Part shown: piece by piece, positions 48,547-62,778 of the stretch
Layout: each line of letters opens with the position of its first letter
How positions within the stretch are numbered: position 1 is the stretch's first letter
From: Azolla caroliniana
Taxonomy: Eukaryota; Plantae; Polypodiophyta
Assembly: GCA_043228905.1 (NCBI GenBank)
Contig: JBHGNT010000012.1
Location: 4,960,001 to 5,024,000 of the forward strand
Length of the DNA: 64,000 nucleotides
Reading direction: 5' to 3'
Translations under genes and position numbers: made by a program
The notes under the pieces: model-generated
Seen by the model: the letters and a program-made list of their open reading frames with translations, nothing else
What the model was told of the DNA's origin: nothing
The model's database searches: none

Positions 48547-50463
48547 CTGAATACTGCTGACAATCTTTGTATCAAGTATTCTGTACAGATTCGTTGTGCT
48601 ATAACTTTCAAATTTTGTTTGTTTTTCAATATCCTTAATACATTCTTCATTTGTCTATCAAGTTGTGTCCTGTTTCCAAACATTCTATTTAATCGATTCT
48701 ATTGTTGTATTTTCTCACATTTATCAGAGCCGTGTAGAAGAGTGTTAGAAGAACTTGTATTGATGAAGTCAATTTTAATCTAGTTTTTAAATGTAGTGTA
48801 TAAGATGCACTAATCTTGACATTTGGACCCTCATCAAAAGTGGTTGAAAACCTATATATTTTTTATTGTTGTAAAAGTTCAAAGGAACAGTTCCACAATG
48901 AAAGTGGGTTGAAATTACAGTAATTCGAGTAGTGACATCGGAATTGCTATATTCTCAATATAACTTGCGTTCACCATTCAATCAAAAATTCTTTGCAGCT
49001 CTTCATTCAGTACAAATAGAACTTTAAGATTTATGATATTTATTAGACAAAATCAGCACAAAAGGTCTCTTAGAAACTTGCCTCAGGAGGATGCACCAGG
49101 ACTATTACCAAGTTAAAAGTTAAAAGTTCTCTTAGCATACACCAACTTCAATTTCCCAGCACCCCCTCTTTTACCTCCCACCTCTACAGACCTGCGTGAT
49201 GAAAATTAAATCAAATTTCCCCCTCTACAGACCCACATGTCAAAAACATTGGTTCCCTCAAATATTTGAACCATAGACTACAATTAAAATTTTACAGTGC
49301 ACAAGCAAAGTAAAAGATAACGAAAAAAATCACATGTAGGTTTTCCAAATCTTTACAACTTTACAATAGCCTGAAATTACGTTTTCAAATCTGAGTCACA
49401 GCCTCAAATTATAACTTTTCATGATTAGATGAGAAAAAATAAACATGAATAATAAATAAATGTTTGCATCCCCAGCAAAATTGTGTCTACGCGCAGGTTT
49501 TCTTCAAAAATTTGAACCAGACTGACATTACAATTTTGTAAAAAACGATGTCATGAAGTGAATAAGGTAATGTAATGATCTATCTTGTGATTATGTTAAG
49601 CAAAGAAAACATGATAAATAAAAAGGAACTTTTGAATCGACAGCAGAATTGAAGCACCAATAATTGCAGAACAATACAATAGGTTCAACAAGATCAGAAA
49701 ATAGTATCGACTCAGTTTTCACTCAAAACCAATTTTTTAGTATATATGATATTCATAAACAAAATAATCACCCATTTTTAGCAGAAAAGAATGGGCATAA
49801 ACTCAAATCAATGTTTCGGTGTATAAAATATGACAAACAGTCTGATATGTAACTTCTTACTGCAATTACTTTGGATTCAATGCACACGTCTTATTCCATA
49901 CTAAAAGCTTGTACTTTCGAAATGCCTTTTCAGAGATGCCTCGCGAATCCATGTATTCATTTTCAAAATAATTTCTCAAGCAATACAGCATGCAGAGGCT
50001 TATATCATGGTATGAAGAATTAACTGCCTCGATCAATTACACCTGTGGCATAAGGCTTCTATGCAGTTGCATCACCTGAATTTGGAAGATATGAAGAGCT
50101 CGACTGAATCTGGAAGAGCCCTGCCACCGCCTTAATCGATGTATCACTAAATCACCTCATGATAAGCATTAAAAGCATGCAGATCAAGCCCTAAAGAAGA
50201 GCATGTTTTTCTGCCTTTTGCAACCAAAATATAGAACATAGTATCCCCAAGAACCCTGATATCAAGCGATGCCTCCTGAGCAGATATAGTAAGGAAGTGG
50301 CTCAAAATGCTACCCACACCAACCTTACTAAAATGCAGTAGACCATAATGACATGTCTTCAGTACTGCAGGTTTGGTCAAGTAGTATCCATCCCAAATGA
50401 TCAATAATTCTTGAATCAGAATTTGGCAAAACCAAGACATGTCATTGCTAGGAGGATAAAACC

Positions 50464-53400
50464 TCAGTTCTGGAGATAATATCGCCCAACTCTTGCATTG
50501 CTAAATTGTCCCTGCTCCTCACGAATTGCAGCATCAGCGTAATATTTTGATGCCAGTTCCTGCAAAACAAAGGAAATCAGCATCATAGGTTATATTTTCC
50601 TGCAAACCAAAGGCTCCCTTACCTTGGTCAGTGCGAACTCCTCATAGCGACTTTGAAGTACCCTGTCCAGGGACATCTGAGACATGGCGAATCGCCCCAC
50701 ATCATTAACAGACTGATGTGCTGTGGAATTAACCTCTGAAAGCCTTTTCCAATCATCCCATTCTGTAGGCTGATATCTGGTTTTAGTCGTGCCATTCCCA
50801 TAAACAGAATCTTGCAGCTGAAAGTTCATGGAATCGCGATATTGTCCAGGTAATGTTTGCTTGTTAAGATCATTCAAAGATGAATGGAAAAAAGATGATA
50901 AAGAACTGCGATCCTGATTTGAAAATCTAAGCTGCGAGACTGAATTCATGCTGCCATAACTTCGATATGAACGTTCTTGACTAGGTTGATAGTTTGTATC
51001 AAAATCTGCCAGTCTTGGCTGCTGTGACATTGAAGCTGCTTGTGAAACAAAGCCTGGTAATGCAGGACTACTCCCAAAGTGCATAGTTGACCTCATGCCA
51101 GATTCCAACTTTCCTTTACCAACAGCCATGATTGCAGGATCTATAAATTCAACATCATTCGTTCCTATATTTGTTGGTTCCAATTGATTATAAATACTAG
51201 ATGCAACCAATGATCGAGGGGGATCTTGACTAGATTCTGTACAGTAAAAGTTCAACTAAACAACATTTTCCACTTCAAGAAAAATAAAATGAATAATTCT
51301 CACATTTCCGAACCTGCATTTCGTCTTGGATCTGATGGCCAGCTGTATTGGGAAAACCCAGGAGGTGGAGCTGCTGATACCCTGATTGCTGAAAATCCAG
51401 GAGGTGCACCAACAACGCCCTTAGATGATGTTGCTGTACCATAATACAAAAGACATAAGCTCGAAGAAGAAAAGAAAAGCTGTAATTCTACTAAACTAAA
51501 TACAAAAAGATTAGGTTGAAATTGCTTTTACCAAACGGTTCTCCTGAACAAACAATTTTGTTTCGAAATGATTCACCACTGGAAATCTCATCCAAAGTGT
51601 TTGAAGCACTGCTATTTAATGTATGTTGCTTTTCGATCCATCGATCATGTCCACTTGCGTGGAAATCACAATTACTGGTGAGGGAAGTGTCGCTGGTTGC
51701 ATGATCCTGCCTTGCGAAGTGAAACCTTGATTGCTTGGTGCTGGAAGACTTCCATGATGGTAATGGTTCCTGTACAGGTACTTGTGAAGGAAGATCTACA
51801 TTTTCACCATTGAACAAGAGTTGAGCAAGATCTTGAGGATTTCCATCTGTCCAAAGGTCAAACCCTGTCGCAAACATGTCAGTTATAAGCTCATGCTCTC
51901 TGTGACCATTTATTGGCTCCTCTGATATCTGATCCCTCTCTAGCTTGGTCAATTTATCTTTCTCGATCAAAGATCCTCTAGAAACCTGATCTATCTCATC
52001 TTTCATAAGCTCTAATGACTGGTCATTAGTTGCAGAATCCAACCACGGATTTTCCGAAAGCACCGTGATTTGACTGGTTGAAACAGTTAAACCATCAATA
52101 GCTGGTGTCTGAAATCTGCTGTCATTACTATTTGGAGATGTATGTGTATCAGGGTGCAAATGGATGTGATTTTCCATCTGCTGCGAATCATTTTCAGAAG
52201 TATGATTTGACGTTTCAGCATCAGCAAACAAATGACTAGATACACTTGAGCTACCATAAGGAAAACTCTTTGTGTTCACTGGAACCTCGATTGCATCAAT
52301 GCCTCTCGAGGAATGCTCATCGACAATCCCTAAGCCTACAGAGCTAATAGAATAATTCTCTGTCGATGTTCTCTTAGATGAATCTTTCTCTGCAAGAGAA
52401 TTGATCCCTGTGTCATTTTCTTCCGCACCAACAAATTTTTGGGAAACTGAAGAGTTTGATTTTGACTCTTCTTGCACACCACCCTTGAGGTTAATGATAT
52501 CTACATCACTTAACTTGCTGCTAGAAGAGGATGTTCTGTTTGAGATCTCAACATCATTCGAATTCCTGCTATTAGAAAAGTCCCTGTCTGATACAGACCT
52601 TGGAAATTCCACATCGATGTTTAAACCATCAACATTATTAACATCTACATCATAACTTGACTTCCGACTATGAGAAGAGGGCATATTTGATACAGGCACC
52701 GGAAATTCCATATCAATGTTTGAGGTGTCGCAAAGATGATTCACAGCTACATCGCTTGATTTCCTGCTATGAGAAGGTGCCATGTTTGTTACAGGCCGAG
52801 TCAATTCCATATCAATGTTCAAAGAGTAAAGATGGTTAGCAGCTACATCGCTTGACTCTCTGCCATCAGAAGATGCCCTGTTTGATTCAGGCCTAGGATA
52901 TTCTAGCATATCAATGTTTGAAGTATCAAGATGATTCACAGTTGTGATGTCATTTGGCTTCCTGCTATCAAAAGATGCCCTGTCTGATGCAGATCTTGGA
53001 AATTCTACACCAATATCAAAGGTGTCTAAAGCAGTAAAAGAAGCCTCTGTTTGTGAAAATGGTGGATCAGCCCTCACTAGCTGCCTTGCCACAGAACCTT
53101 GGCCTTCATCTGTAGTATTTGGTTTTACACCATCATAGCTGTTATTATATGCTATCTGTCCACTCCCATGATCTGCAGAAGCCATCAACAGTGATGAGCT
53201 TGTTGCTTTGGGTTTAATGGTGGCAACAACACCAGTCTTTCCAGCAGAAGTAAGCCGAGATGACGTGTTCGAACGTGATCCCCTGGATTTGAGTTTATGA
53301 GAAGTGATCAGTCACCAAAGAGATTCAGTGGAACATGAGCAGCCATTCATACACATACTTCATTTTGACTTCCATGGAAACAATTCTAGTAAAAATTTTA

Positions 53401-56400
53401 GAATTTCCAGCATAAATGTCAATTAAATATGCTCCCATATATGCAATAAGACCAAAGCATTCTTGGACAGGAACAAAAGTAGATGATCATAAAAAAATCT
53501 TAAAAAGCATATTTATGAAGAACGTGTGCTCATCTGCAATGAACATAAAAATAGTACTCAAGGAAAACGTACCAAATTTTGAATTACTGATTGCAGCTCT
53601 TCTTTAAATTACAAAAAGGAAATTTTTATACAAGAAATTGAACTTACTTTACCAAAAAACATTTATTCTCTAAAATATTTTCAGCTGTGCCTTGACCAGG
53701 GACACTTCAAAACATGTGTATGGTTTGCCCTTGCATAGAATGTGAAAAAGATAAAATAGCCTCATGTAAGATGAAATACGCTCCTCAAATTGTCCTCGGA
53801 CATTTTTTAGCAAACTATCTTGCCATTCCTCCATTTTCTTTAGATATTGTGAGAACTTCTCTTCCAGCCTACGATTTCTGAAATTGCCACACCATGATAG
53901 GGACAGCTGACATTGTACTATCAAAGTGTTTTCTGACCTTACTAGTATACACAGAAATTTGTTTGTTGCTGAAGCTTAGAGATATCAATGGTTTGGCATG
54001 TACTCTCCTGTATACTCTCCAAAGGTCTCTGTATACTCCCCTGTAATCAGATATCTTTGGAGAGTATGCAGACATTTATAGCCTTTGGATACCAACTGCT
54101 AGTAACTCAGGTCTTTGCAAATCATACGAGAAATCATAAGATGGCTATCATCAAAGGGAACGAAGGTACACAGAATCAAGACATCAAGCAAAACCCTCCA
54201 ACACCACAAACTTTGGTCACACGTGCAAGCAGAGGATTCCATGGCACATTGTTCACAAGGAGATATATTACATCAATGTTGGAGAACTGTGACATAATGA
54301 CATGTTCCCTCAGCTACAATATACCTAACTTGAGGATCTCACATGTGCCAAAAACCAGATTCCCTCATTTCTTTTCTTTTCATGTTATTTACTTTTATAT
54401 TTACTGTGTAATATTTATTTTATTTTGATTTGTTCTTAAAGACGAGACAACACTTAAGATGTAATCTCTTATTTGGTCTTATAGACCATTATGGCCTCTT
54501 AAAAGACGTTAATATATCTTTCTTTCTTTCTTTCTACATCTTTCTATTTCCTAGCTTGCACTCTCAAACATGAGGGAATTCACTAACAATCTTCAATTTT
54601 TCCTCAGCTGTTACATTTCCTTTCTTCAACCTTCTCTTTCCTGGGTTGCACTCTCAAACATCAATACATTCACTCAAAGACTTTAAATTTGAAGGCAAAT
54701 TTCTACTGTACTATAATGTCTTATAGAAGTTCCCACATGTGTCTCTGAAATTACAGTGCAGATGCATGAGCGCTTGCTGACACTTGTTATGTCTAGACTG
54801 TAAATGTAGCTGAGTTCAATTGTTAAATTATGAGGATTATTGACTTTGGTATCCCAATGTAAACTACCTTTACAAAGCCATGAAAGCAAAGGATATCAGC
54901 AGTTCACAAGTTACAAAGGATAGTTTACCAAAACTGGACTATACAAGAGCAAAATGTAACATAATATGTAAATATACCATGATGCTGCAGCAGGTAAACT
55001 GCTAGACTTTGGTAAGCTTCCTGCCGCTGAAGACACCTTTGGTATGCTTGCTGGGATAGATGTTGGTTGCTGCAGAATGAAAAAAGTGCACACAGAATTC
55101 ATAGTAGTTTAGCAGATGAAAACATACATTTCCACCATATTCTATTACAATTTTCAGAGCTGTGGAACTTACAGAGGTAGAAGCTACAGGATTCGCGTCA
55201 AGTGGAGGAGGCAAGAAAACTCCAGAGCGCCTTTGAGCTGGATGGGTAAGTTCATGGAAGTGTTGACTCTTGCTGCAAAGAGACAAAAAACTCTTCTTTT
55301 TTAAATGATACTATATTAGTTGTAAAGAAAAAAACATCACAAACTCCAAATAGCCTGGTCTGAAGGTTGTATGAAGTGGTATACAGCTAAAGGATCATTC
55401 AGAACATTGACAAGAGCCATCAGTAATAATTCAATGCAGGTGAAGGTGTTGCCAAGTATATCGATCAAGAAACCAATGAAGGAAAAGACAAGAGTGCCCA
55501 ACAAAGGAGAAAAGCCTGCTTTCTTTCCTCTAAAGCCAATGATGAGCCAGTGGAGGCATCTCCTGACTCCATAGGGTAGAATCAGGTTCGCCACCAAGTA
55601 TGTGGGACCATCAGCTCTTCTAATTTATGCTAGAAATTCCACCAGAAATAATACATCCATGATGGTCATCTAACTCATTCATAGGACATCAGTCCGAAGT
55701 GTCCCTATAATGTCCTGCAGATGTCAGCATAAAGACGGGTCTAATGACCCTCATGAGATAAAGGGCAATCCATGCTACAATTAGTGCATCTATGATGATT
55801 ATCTGACTCATACAGAGTTAGTAGGAAACATGTTTATAATGCCTCTAAAATATCTTGTAGTTTTCAGAATAAGGATCCAATGATTAATCCCCCCCTCAAA
55901 AGATAAACGGGTGCTGTATGGTGCAGCCAGAGTGGTGCTTCTCAAGAGAGATCTTCAGAGAACAGAAACCATAATGTGAAAGCAATGAAGCAAGGTTCTC
56001 TTCCTTTCCTCTCTGTAACACAACCTTCTCTAAAATCATGAAAATGATCCTACCATGAACCATCAGTTATAAGCATAACTTTTTTTATCTCTCTGAGCAA
56101 ATGTATCAATGCTAATGAAATTAATTTATGCATAAATGTATGCAGATGCCCATCATGTCAACTACAATGGATATACGCCAGGAAAAAAAACCAAGGTATT
56201 AACTAAGCAAGTGTACCTTCCATAGTTTGCAAGCATCTCCTCTTTGGTAAAGGAGTCTTCACGAGTACCTTCATCGTGCAAGTATAAGCATTCTGGGTTA
56301 TTGCACGGCTGCCAATAACAATAGTCAGCAATCTCATCTCTCGTAAAAAAGACATGATTATATAACACTTTGAAGAGCTCAAGAATCCAACCATATGTTT

Positions 56401-59400
56401 AAGCCATGCATTGCAATATTTTGTGGTTCCAAAGCAAGCCCTGGAGATAAATAATACAGTTAATCATATGAAGAACGCTATGAACTCTCTTGTGCAGTTT
56501 AATTAACCATACATAATAAGACGTACTTGAGGACTTTTCCTTCCAAAACAAAGCCATTCACAGCTTGGATACAGCGGAGAGCATCTTCCTCTTTCATATA
56601 TGTCACATATCTGCATAAATATGCACAATCTTGAAATAAATAATAGCTATATATAAATGACATCACAATTGCACAATGGTAGCAATAAAAAGCTCACACG
56701 CTAGCACTAGGACTTGCGGATGAAGAATTCTGCCCATTTAGCTTTGAGACAGATATTTTGAGGATTTTCCCATATTGGCCAAAATACTCTTTACGTTCCA
56801 ATGTCTGTCATGCAAGAACATACCAAACATCTAAAATCCCTGAGATTTGAAAACATTGACAGCAAAATATACAATTTGCACCTCTTCATCGGCAACTGTT
56901 GCAGGCATTCCAACAACGTAAACAAGCTTTCTCTGAATAACACGAACATTGCTTAAATTCTTCCTTCCTTCTGCAGATTTTAATTTGGATTTACCAGACT
57001 TTTGTTTCCTGTCGTTGATGTCCATTGACCTATTAAAAGTATTCAATGTCAACATAAAGAACGGGGAGAATGGCTACAAAAAAATGTTTTAGTTGCAAAG
57101 TATAAAGGATAATAAACTATTCCGTTATAATGCATGCGCAAAACAAAATAGAGATCACGTATGTGTTTTTCCATAGATAAGATTCATAGATTGATATACT
57201 TTGTAATATATGTTGCGTAATATGTGGAAGTTTGTGTATAGAGCATGTTCTATCAAACTACGTAATATAAGTTGAATGTTATTTCCTCTGCTGATGTGTA
57301 TGAAACATGCCGCAGAGTATAAAACATAATAAATGATACAGTTATAATGCATACACAAAACAAAACAGAGATCATGTATGTGTATGTCCATAAATCAGAT
57401 TCATAGATCAGCATACTTCATAATATATATGTTATGCAATATGTGCAAGTTTATGCACATAGAGCACATTCTATCAAACTAAGTAATAAAAGTTGAACGA
57501 TTATTTCCTCTGGTCATGTGCATGAAACATGTCACAAAGTATAAAAGATAATAGACTATCCTGTTATAATGCAAATGCAAAACAAAACAGATATCATGTA
57601 CATGTATTTCCATAGATAAGATTGTAGATTGATATACTTCGTAATATGTATTATGTCCAGGCATGTTCAATCAAAGTAAGTAACAAAGGAAGGTCGAATG
57701 ATTATTTCTTTTGCTGATGTGCAGGAAACATGTCACAAAGTGAAAAAGGTAATCCATTGTCCTGATATAACGCATATGCAAAACAAAACGAGATCATGTA
57801 TTTGTATTTCTATAGATAAGATTCATATATCAATGTACTATGTAATATGTATGTTATTTATTATGTGTAGGTTTATGTGTATAGAGCATGTTCTATCAAA
57901 CTAAGTAATAAAGGTTGAATAATTATTCGTCTTTCACACTTCTGTATAAAAATATATTGATGATTCGATGATGCTCATACATCTGATATAAATACAGCAA
58001 AACATCAATCATAAATGGGTTCCATTATTTAGCTATAGAACACCAACTCTCGAACTCAATGATGTTTGAGATAAACAAATTATATCTGATACTCCTCTTC
58101 CAAGATGGAATCTTAGGCTACCAAAGTAGAAAGGCTAACAATAATATTTGACAAAAACAATAGACAACATTAGCATATCCCACAGGTTAGCCTGTGTGTT
58201 CACTTTTTTTTTAAACGCATCAGCCAAAACAAGGACCAAAAAGACAAAGTGATTATTTTGCAGTATATCATACCTACATGAAGTAGCCACTATTTTTTCT
58301 TTATTGTATGGTGCTCTACATGCAGGACAGCGTCCTTCACTATTGTCTTTCTCTGCCATTTCCATTATGTGATTCCAGCACCATACACAAATCTGTTGAA
58401 ATAACAGTTGAATTGGTTATCACATTGTTAGACTGCAAAAACCATACTGATTACATCATCTATGCCCGAACTGACCATGTTTTCTAACCTACTACAAACA
58501 TCCCAGAACTTATGCATCTTGCTGTCTAGCAATTCCCAAGTACATCACAGGTTTTAAGAACAGCATGTATATGGAGGTTGTGATCAATTCTTAATTAAGG
58601 GAATCGTCATGAATGTTAAACAAAAAGGCATGAGTAAGTAAACCCTACAACAGTATACATCCAAAATATGATATTTAAACCCTTCTTTAAGAGCATAGCC
58701 AAGACAACGTAACTTCATATGTGCTGCACATAGAACACACGTGTGTAAAAAACTGTCCCTTTTATAGGAAATGATCAACATGTAAGTGAGAAAGAAGACT
58801 GAAGCCAAATAACAGAACAAAGTTAAATTAGAAGGCCGAGAAAATAATGCATATCTATTATGAATATTTCCACAGCTTGAGGCCTAAAACTTAGGGCTTT
58901 GGTTGCCAAATTGGTAATTTTTGTAACTAAGTACTGGTAAAAAGTCAAGGCATCCAAGTTCTCATAAAGGAAACCATGCCTAATCGTAAGTAAAAGGTGG
59001 AGAACGGTAGCTGTAGCCAATCAAAATCCTAGCAAACATATTTTCTTTGGTTCATTTTATGAGTAGTTCTAATTATTTAATATTTCATTTCAGGTTAGCA
59101 AACATACTATATGATGGCACTCACAGATCTTGTTTGATCAAAATATTTTCAGGCCTATTAACCATTACGTTATATCTGATCCTGTCCCTGAGAAATGATA
59201 GCCTGACTAATGCTGTTGAAACTGAGAATAATGCAAACTAGCAGATAAGCCTATTATAATAATATTATTAAATGAAAACCAGTTGCATGTTCTCAGGACA
59301 AACAACTACAATATAAACCAATAAAAATTGGGGACAAAGAAGTAATAATAGTGGAAACAACTTAGAGGATTTCACATGATAAACCAAAGGAGTGATTACC

Positions 59401-59501
59401 TGGTAACCACAGCGACAAGGTTTGAGCTGCCTGTCAGTCGGATCCATCTCTTCCATGCATAATGGACAGCAGTTATCCCAGTCCTCAGCCATTACTTCCA
59501 T
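50464..59501 (-). CDS. NOT4: CCR4-NOT subunit NOT4-like E3 ligase (C4C4 RING, RRM, C3H1), 13 coding exons
   Basis: Exons are 59501-59400, 58392-58274, 57029-56882, 56804-56698, 56610-56527, 56440-56392, 56308-56217, 55272-55173, 55069-54978, 53282-51532, 51433-51314, 51236-50623 and 50559-50464, all GT-AG and in phase. Motifs are CPLCMEEMDPTDRQLKPCRCGYQICVWCW...CPACR, LSNVRVIQRKLVYVVG, EYFGQYGKI, ACFGTTKYC...CLYLH, PPGFS and EFIDPAIMAVG. A 5' UTR exon probably lies at ~60520-59968. Confidence 0.95.
54316..54535 (+). mobile_element. Short 3'-end copy of the RTEX-like LINE in a NOT4 intron
   Basis: It is close to the reverse complement of 34501-34718 and ends in (TTTC)n. Confidence 0.9.
57080..57945. 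repeat. Degenerate tandem array, ~4 x 200-220 bp, in NOT4 intron 2
   Basis: Units containing gttataatgca...caaaacaaaa(c/t)agagatcatgta...atagataagattcata...gagcatgttctatcaaact start near 57101, 57317, 57539 and 57740. Confidence 0.8.
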
Positions 59502-60235
59502 GAACCAAAACCAAGCAAAATAATCCTAATAGCAAAGACGCCGATAGCACGAGCATTAGACATCTATTCTTGATTAGCAGAGCTCAAGTATAAATGAGTC
59601 TCATTATGTATGCTTGAAAACTTCACTAAGATGCATATAGATAGTATGGAGCAGGAATCTAGTTTACTCTAGAATGCATATGTATCGTATCCAAAAGACA
59701 TGTAAGCTCCTCATGTGAGAATCGAACATTATCTCTGCAAGTTTCTCAAGTAAGAAGCAAACATATAAATATTTAATAAGTAAAGCCGTACGAAGAGGTA
59801 GACAAAGATATAATCTGCGGATTGAAACATCAAAAGTGAAAGAGGATCAGACTCGATTCAGATCAAGTTCTATAATCGCAAAAACGAGAAAACAAAAAAG
59901 GATTTCCGAAACGGTGCTAGAAAAATCGGTGACAAGGGGAGAGAAAAGAAGCAGAACAATACGAAACCTCAAGCAGCTGCTACAGAACGCTTAGCGAGGA
60001 GACAGAGAGGGTGGAGAAGGAGGGACGAAGGTGTTACCTTTAATGAAAGAAAATACAGTTCGTCTGTTGCCGGAGGATCGATTCCACGTCTACTTCTACC
60101 TGCAGAGTTTGGAAGATGTAAGGCAGAGCTTGAGAGGCGGCAGCAGGTTTCGGTTCTGTGACGGCGATGGCGAGGGCGGGGAGATGGGAGCGAAGGTGCG
60201 AATCTCTGTGTGTTGAAGAAGAGAAGACCGATCGA

Positions 60236-60519
60236 TGAAGAAGAAGAAGAAGGAGAAGATGGGAGGAGGAGGAGGAAAGAAAAGCAGTGAAGGATCGCAG
60301 AGCAGAAGATGAAGAAGAAGAAGAAGAAGAAGAAAAGGAAGAAGAAGAAAAGGGACAAAAAGAGAAATAAATAAATGAGTGAAAATAAGAAGGGAATAGA
60401 AAATATGAAGAAGAAGAAGAAGAAGAAGAAGAAAAAGGAAGGATGCAAAAAAAAAACAAAACCAAAACCAAAAAGGATAAGAAAAAGCTACTGCTACTAT
60501 ACATACTACACCCACAACC

Positions 60520-60566
<47 letters not shown>

Positions 60567-60719
60567 CCCCCTGATGAATCCCGATGTGACTCACTCGCGT
60601 GTTCTTATTATCACGCTCTGTGTGTGTGTGTGTCGTGATGAATCCCTGGTGACCTGCTCACTTCTTGATCGGCCACCTAATCACCTCCTCGCTTATCTCC
60701 TATATCACAATTGCCGACA

Positions 60720-60783
<64 letters not shown>
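60236..60783. repeat. Microsatellite cluster at the NOT4 5' end: (GAA)n, (CT)n, (GT)n
   Basis: (GAA)n at 60236-60435, (CT)n at 60523-60564 and 60723-60783. Confidence 0.9.
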
Positions 60784-60785
<2 letters not shown>

Positions 60786-62480
60786 CGAAAATACACAATT
60801 ATATCAATAAATGTGTGTAAAAGACACTACTTACAATGGGTGTGACAATGAAGTATGGTCACCCACTAACTGCATTACATGGGTAGTGGAACATGTTGAA
60901 TTGCCAATAGGCAAGATGAACACTCCACCGAGGAAAGAATTTCCACTTGCTCCAATAAAGAAAATCGTCACATTAGTACTCCCTTCAACTTTCGTAGATA
61001 TGCTTTCACTCCATGTCTACCATCGAATACAAAAGCACTGCGCATATTCCAATTATGACGCAATCCCCAATATCTCAGAAATAGAAAAACAATCCCCATC
61101 TTTGACTTTGGGTCAACCTGTGTAATTTGTGCAAACACCCACTGTCTAGGTGTCAAATAACATCGTGCTAAAACTTGTCAAATTTGAGAAATGTAACTCC
61201 AAATATGAGAAGCAATCAAACATTGTATAAATCGATGAGTACTATCTTCCATTTGAACAGTGCAAAAGAAGCAATTACTTGTTGCTAGTCCGCGACGATT
61301 TAGAGCCAATCCCAAAGGCAATCCTCCAATCAAAACTCTCCAAATGAAGACCTTTGCTACAAGTGGCAATTTAGAATGCTAACTACGTTGTAAGATTTGC
61401 CACCACCCATAATCAGATTTGTGTAATCTCCATTCTTCTTTAGCCTTAGATGATAACCATCCAAGAGACTCAATAGAGCAATGATACAAAAGATTAGTAG
61501 TCACTTGTAACAACGATGTTTGTACCCTTTAAACACCAATCAATCCACGGTTGTTCTTCTGTTTGTAGAGGTAAGGGACCTTTCATCAATGGAATATTTT
61601 GTAGTTGTTGCCAAATAAACCCATAATTAGGCGGAATGTGTAATAATTGTCGTGCTTCAACAAACTCCAAAATTCTTTGAGATGGAGCCTCAACTATATC
61701 TCCCACCTCTTTGACCCCCAAACGAAACAAACGATTAAATTGAGAGTGCAATCTCTCCTTTCTTGGCCAACATAATAACCGAGAAGACACAAGTAACTCT
61801 TTTTGCAAAGAATTACAATGCTCTCTACTAGATGATGGTTTCCATACACATAACAAGAGTGCTTCTTGCCATGAGGTAACCAAGTGTTGAACACATGTAG
61901 AACCCGGAATCCTAAGTGAAATACATTCATTTAGTAATTGCCACCATGAAGCCTTAATTGTTGTCCTCCCATGTGTTAAACCCTTGTTCTCAATGAAATA
62001 TTGAACAATAGATAACCATGGTTGTGAGTTTGAACACATGTCTTGTAATAATGAAAATCTATGAGCCATCATATGCTTTGATAAGTTTAATATTCCAGCT
62101 CCCCCCAAGCGCTTAGGAGTTACTAGATGATTCCATGCAACCCAAGTGATTCCCATCTTATCCCTCTTCTTCTACAACAAATATCGAAGAGGTTGCAAAA
62201 TAGAATGTAAAGCCTTCTTTGTCCATGGCAGCAATGACAAGTAATATAATATCATAGGTTCCATAATAAATTATACAACCTTCAAACGTACATGAAATGA
62301 CCAAGATTGTGATTTCCAATACATGAACTTATCCCTCAACTTACTAGACATCCATTCAATCAATTCACCATTTGTAACATTCATTCCTAATGGATAGCCC
62401 AAGTGTCGAAATATAGAGCCTTTCTTCACCACAGATCCTTGTCATTCTAAACATTCCAAATCCCTTTCAGTACATGATAT
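60784..62480 (-). mobile_element. L1-clade LINE ORF2, 3' part (RT tail and zf-RVT), interrupted by a Copia
   Basis: Motifs are FRHLGYPLG, WVAWNHLVTPKRLGGAGILNL and KVFIWRVLIGGLPL...CFFCTVQMEDSTHRFIQC. The 3' end abuts the (GA)n tract. Confidence 0.85.
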
Positions 62481-62743
62481 TGAAGAGAATAGCGCGGAAT
62501 ATTGCTCGGCCACAACTGAGTCTTGAATCACTTCAATGAGAATGAAACATAGAAATGGGAAGTAGAGAGTACACAAGGGAAATACACAAGATGTTTATGT
62601 GGAAAACCCAAATAGGGAAAAACCACGGGAGCCCACGGACTCCAAACTACCAATATATGAGAAAGGTACAATCAAAGACTCGGAGGCAACGACCTTGAGG
62701 TTTGTATCTTCGCCAGTCGGTGGTTCAACAGAGTATCGCTCTG

Positions 62744-62778
<35 letters not shown>

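Noticed and set aside
59969-60638. Poly-Phe/Ser/Leu/Lys ORFs
   Set aside because: They are artefacts of (GAA)n and (CT)n microsatellites in the NOT4 5' region.
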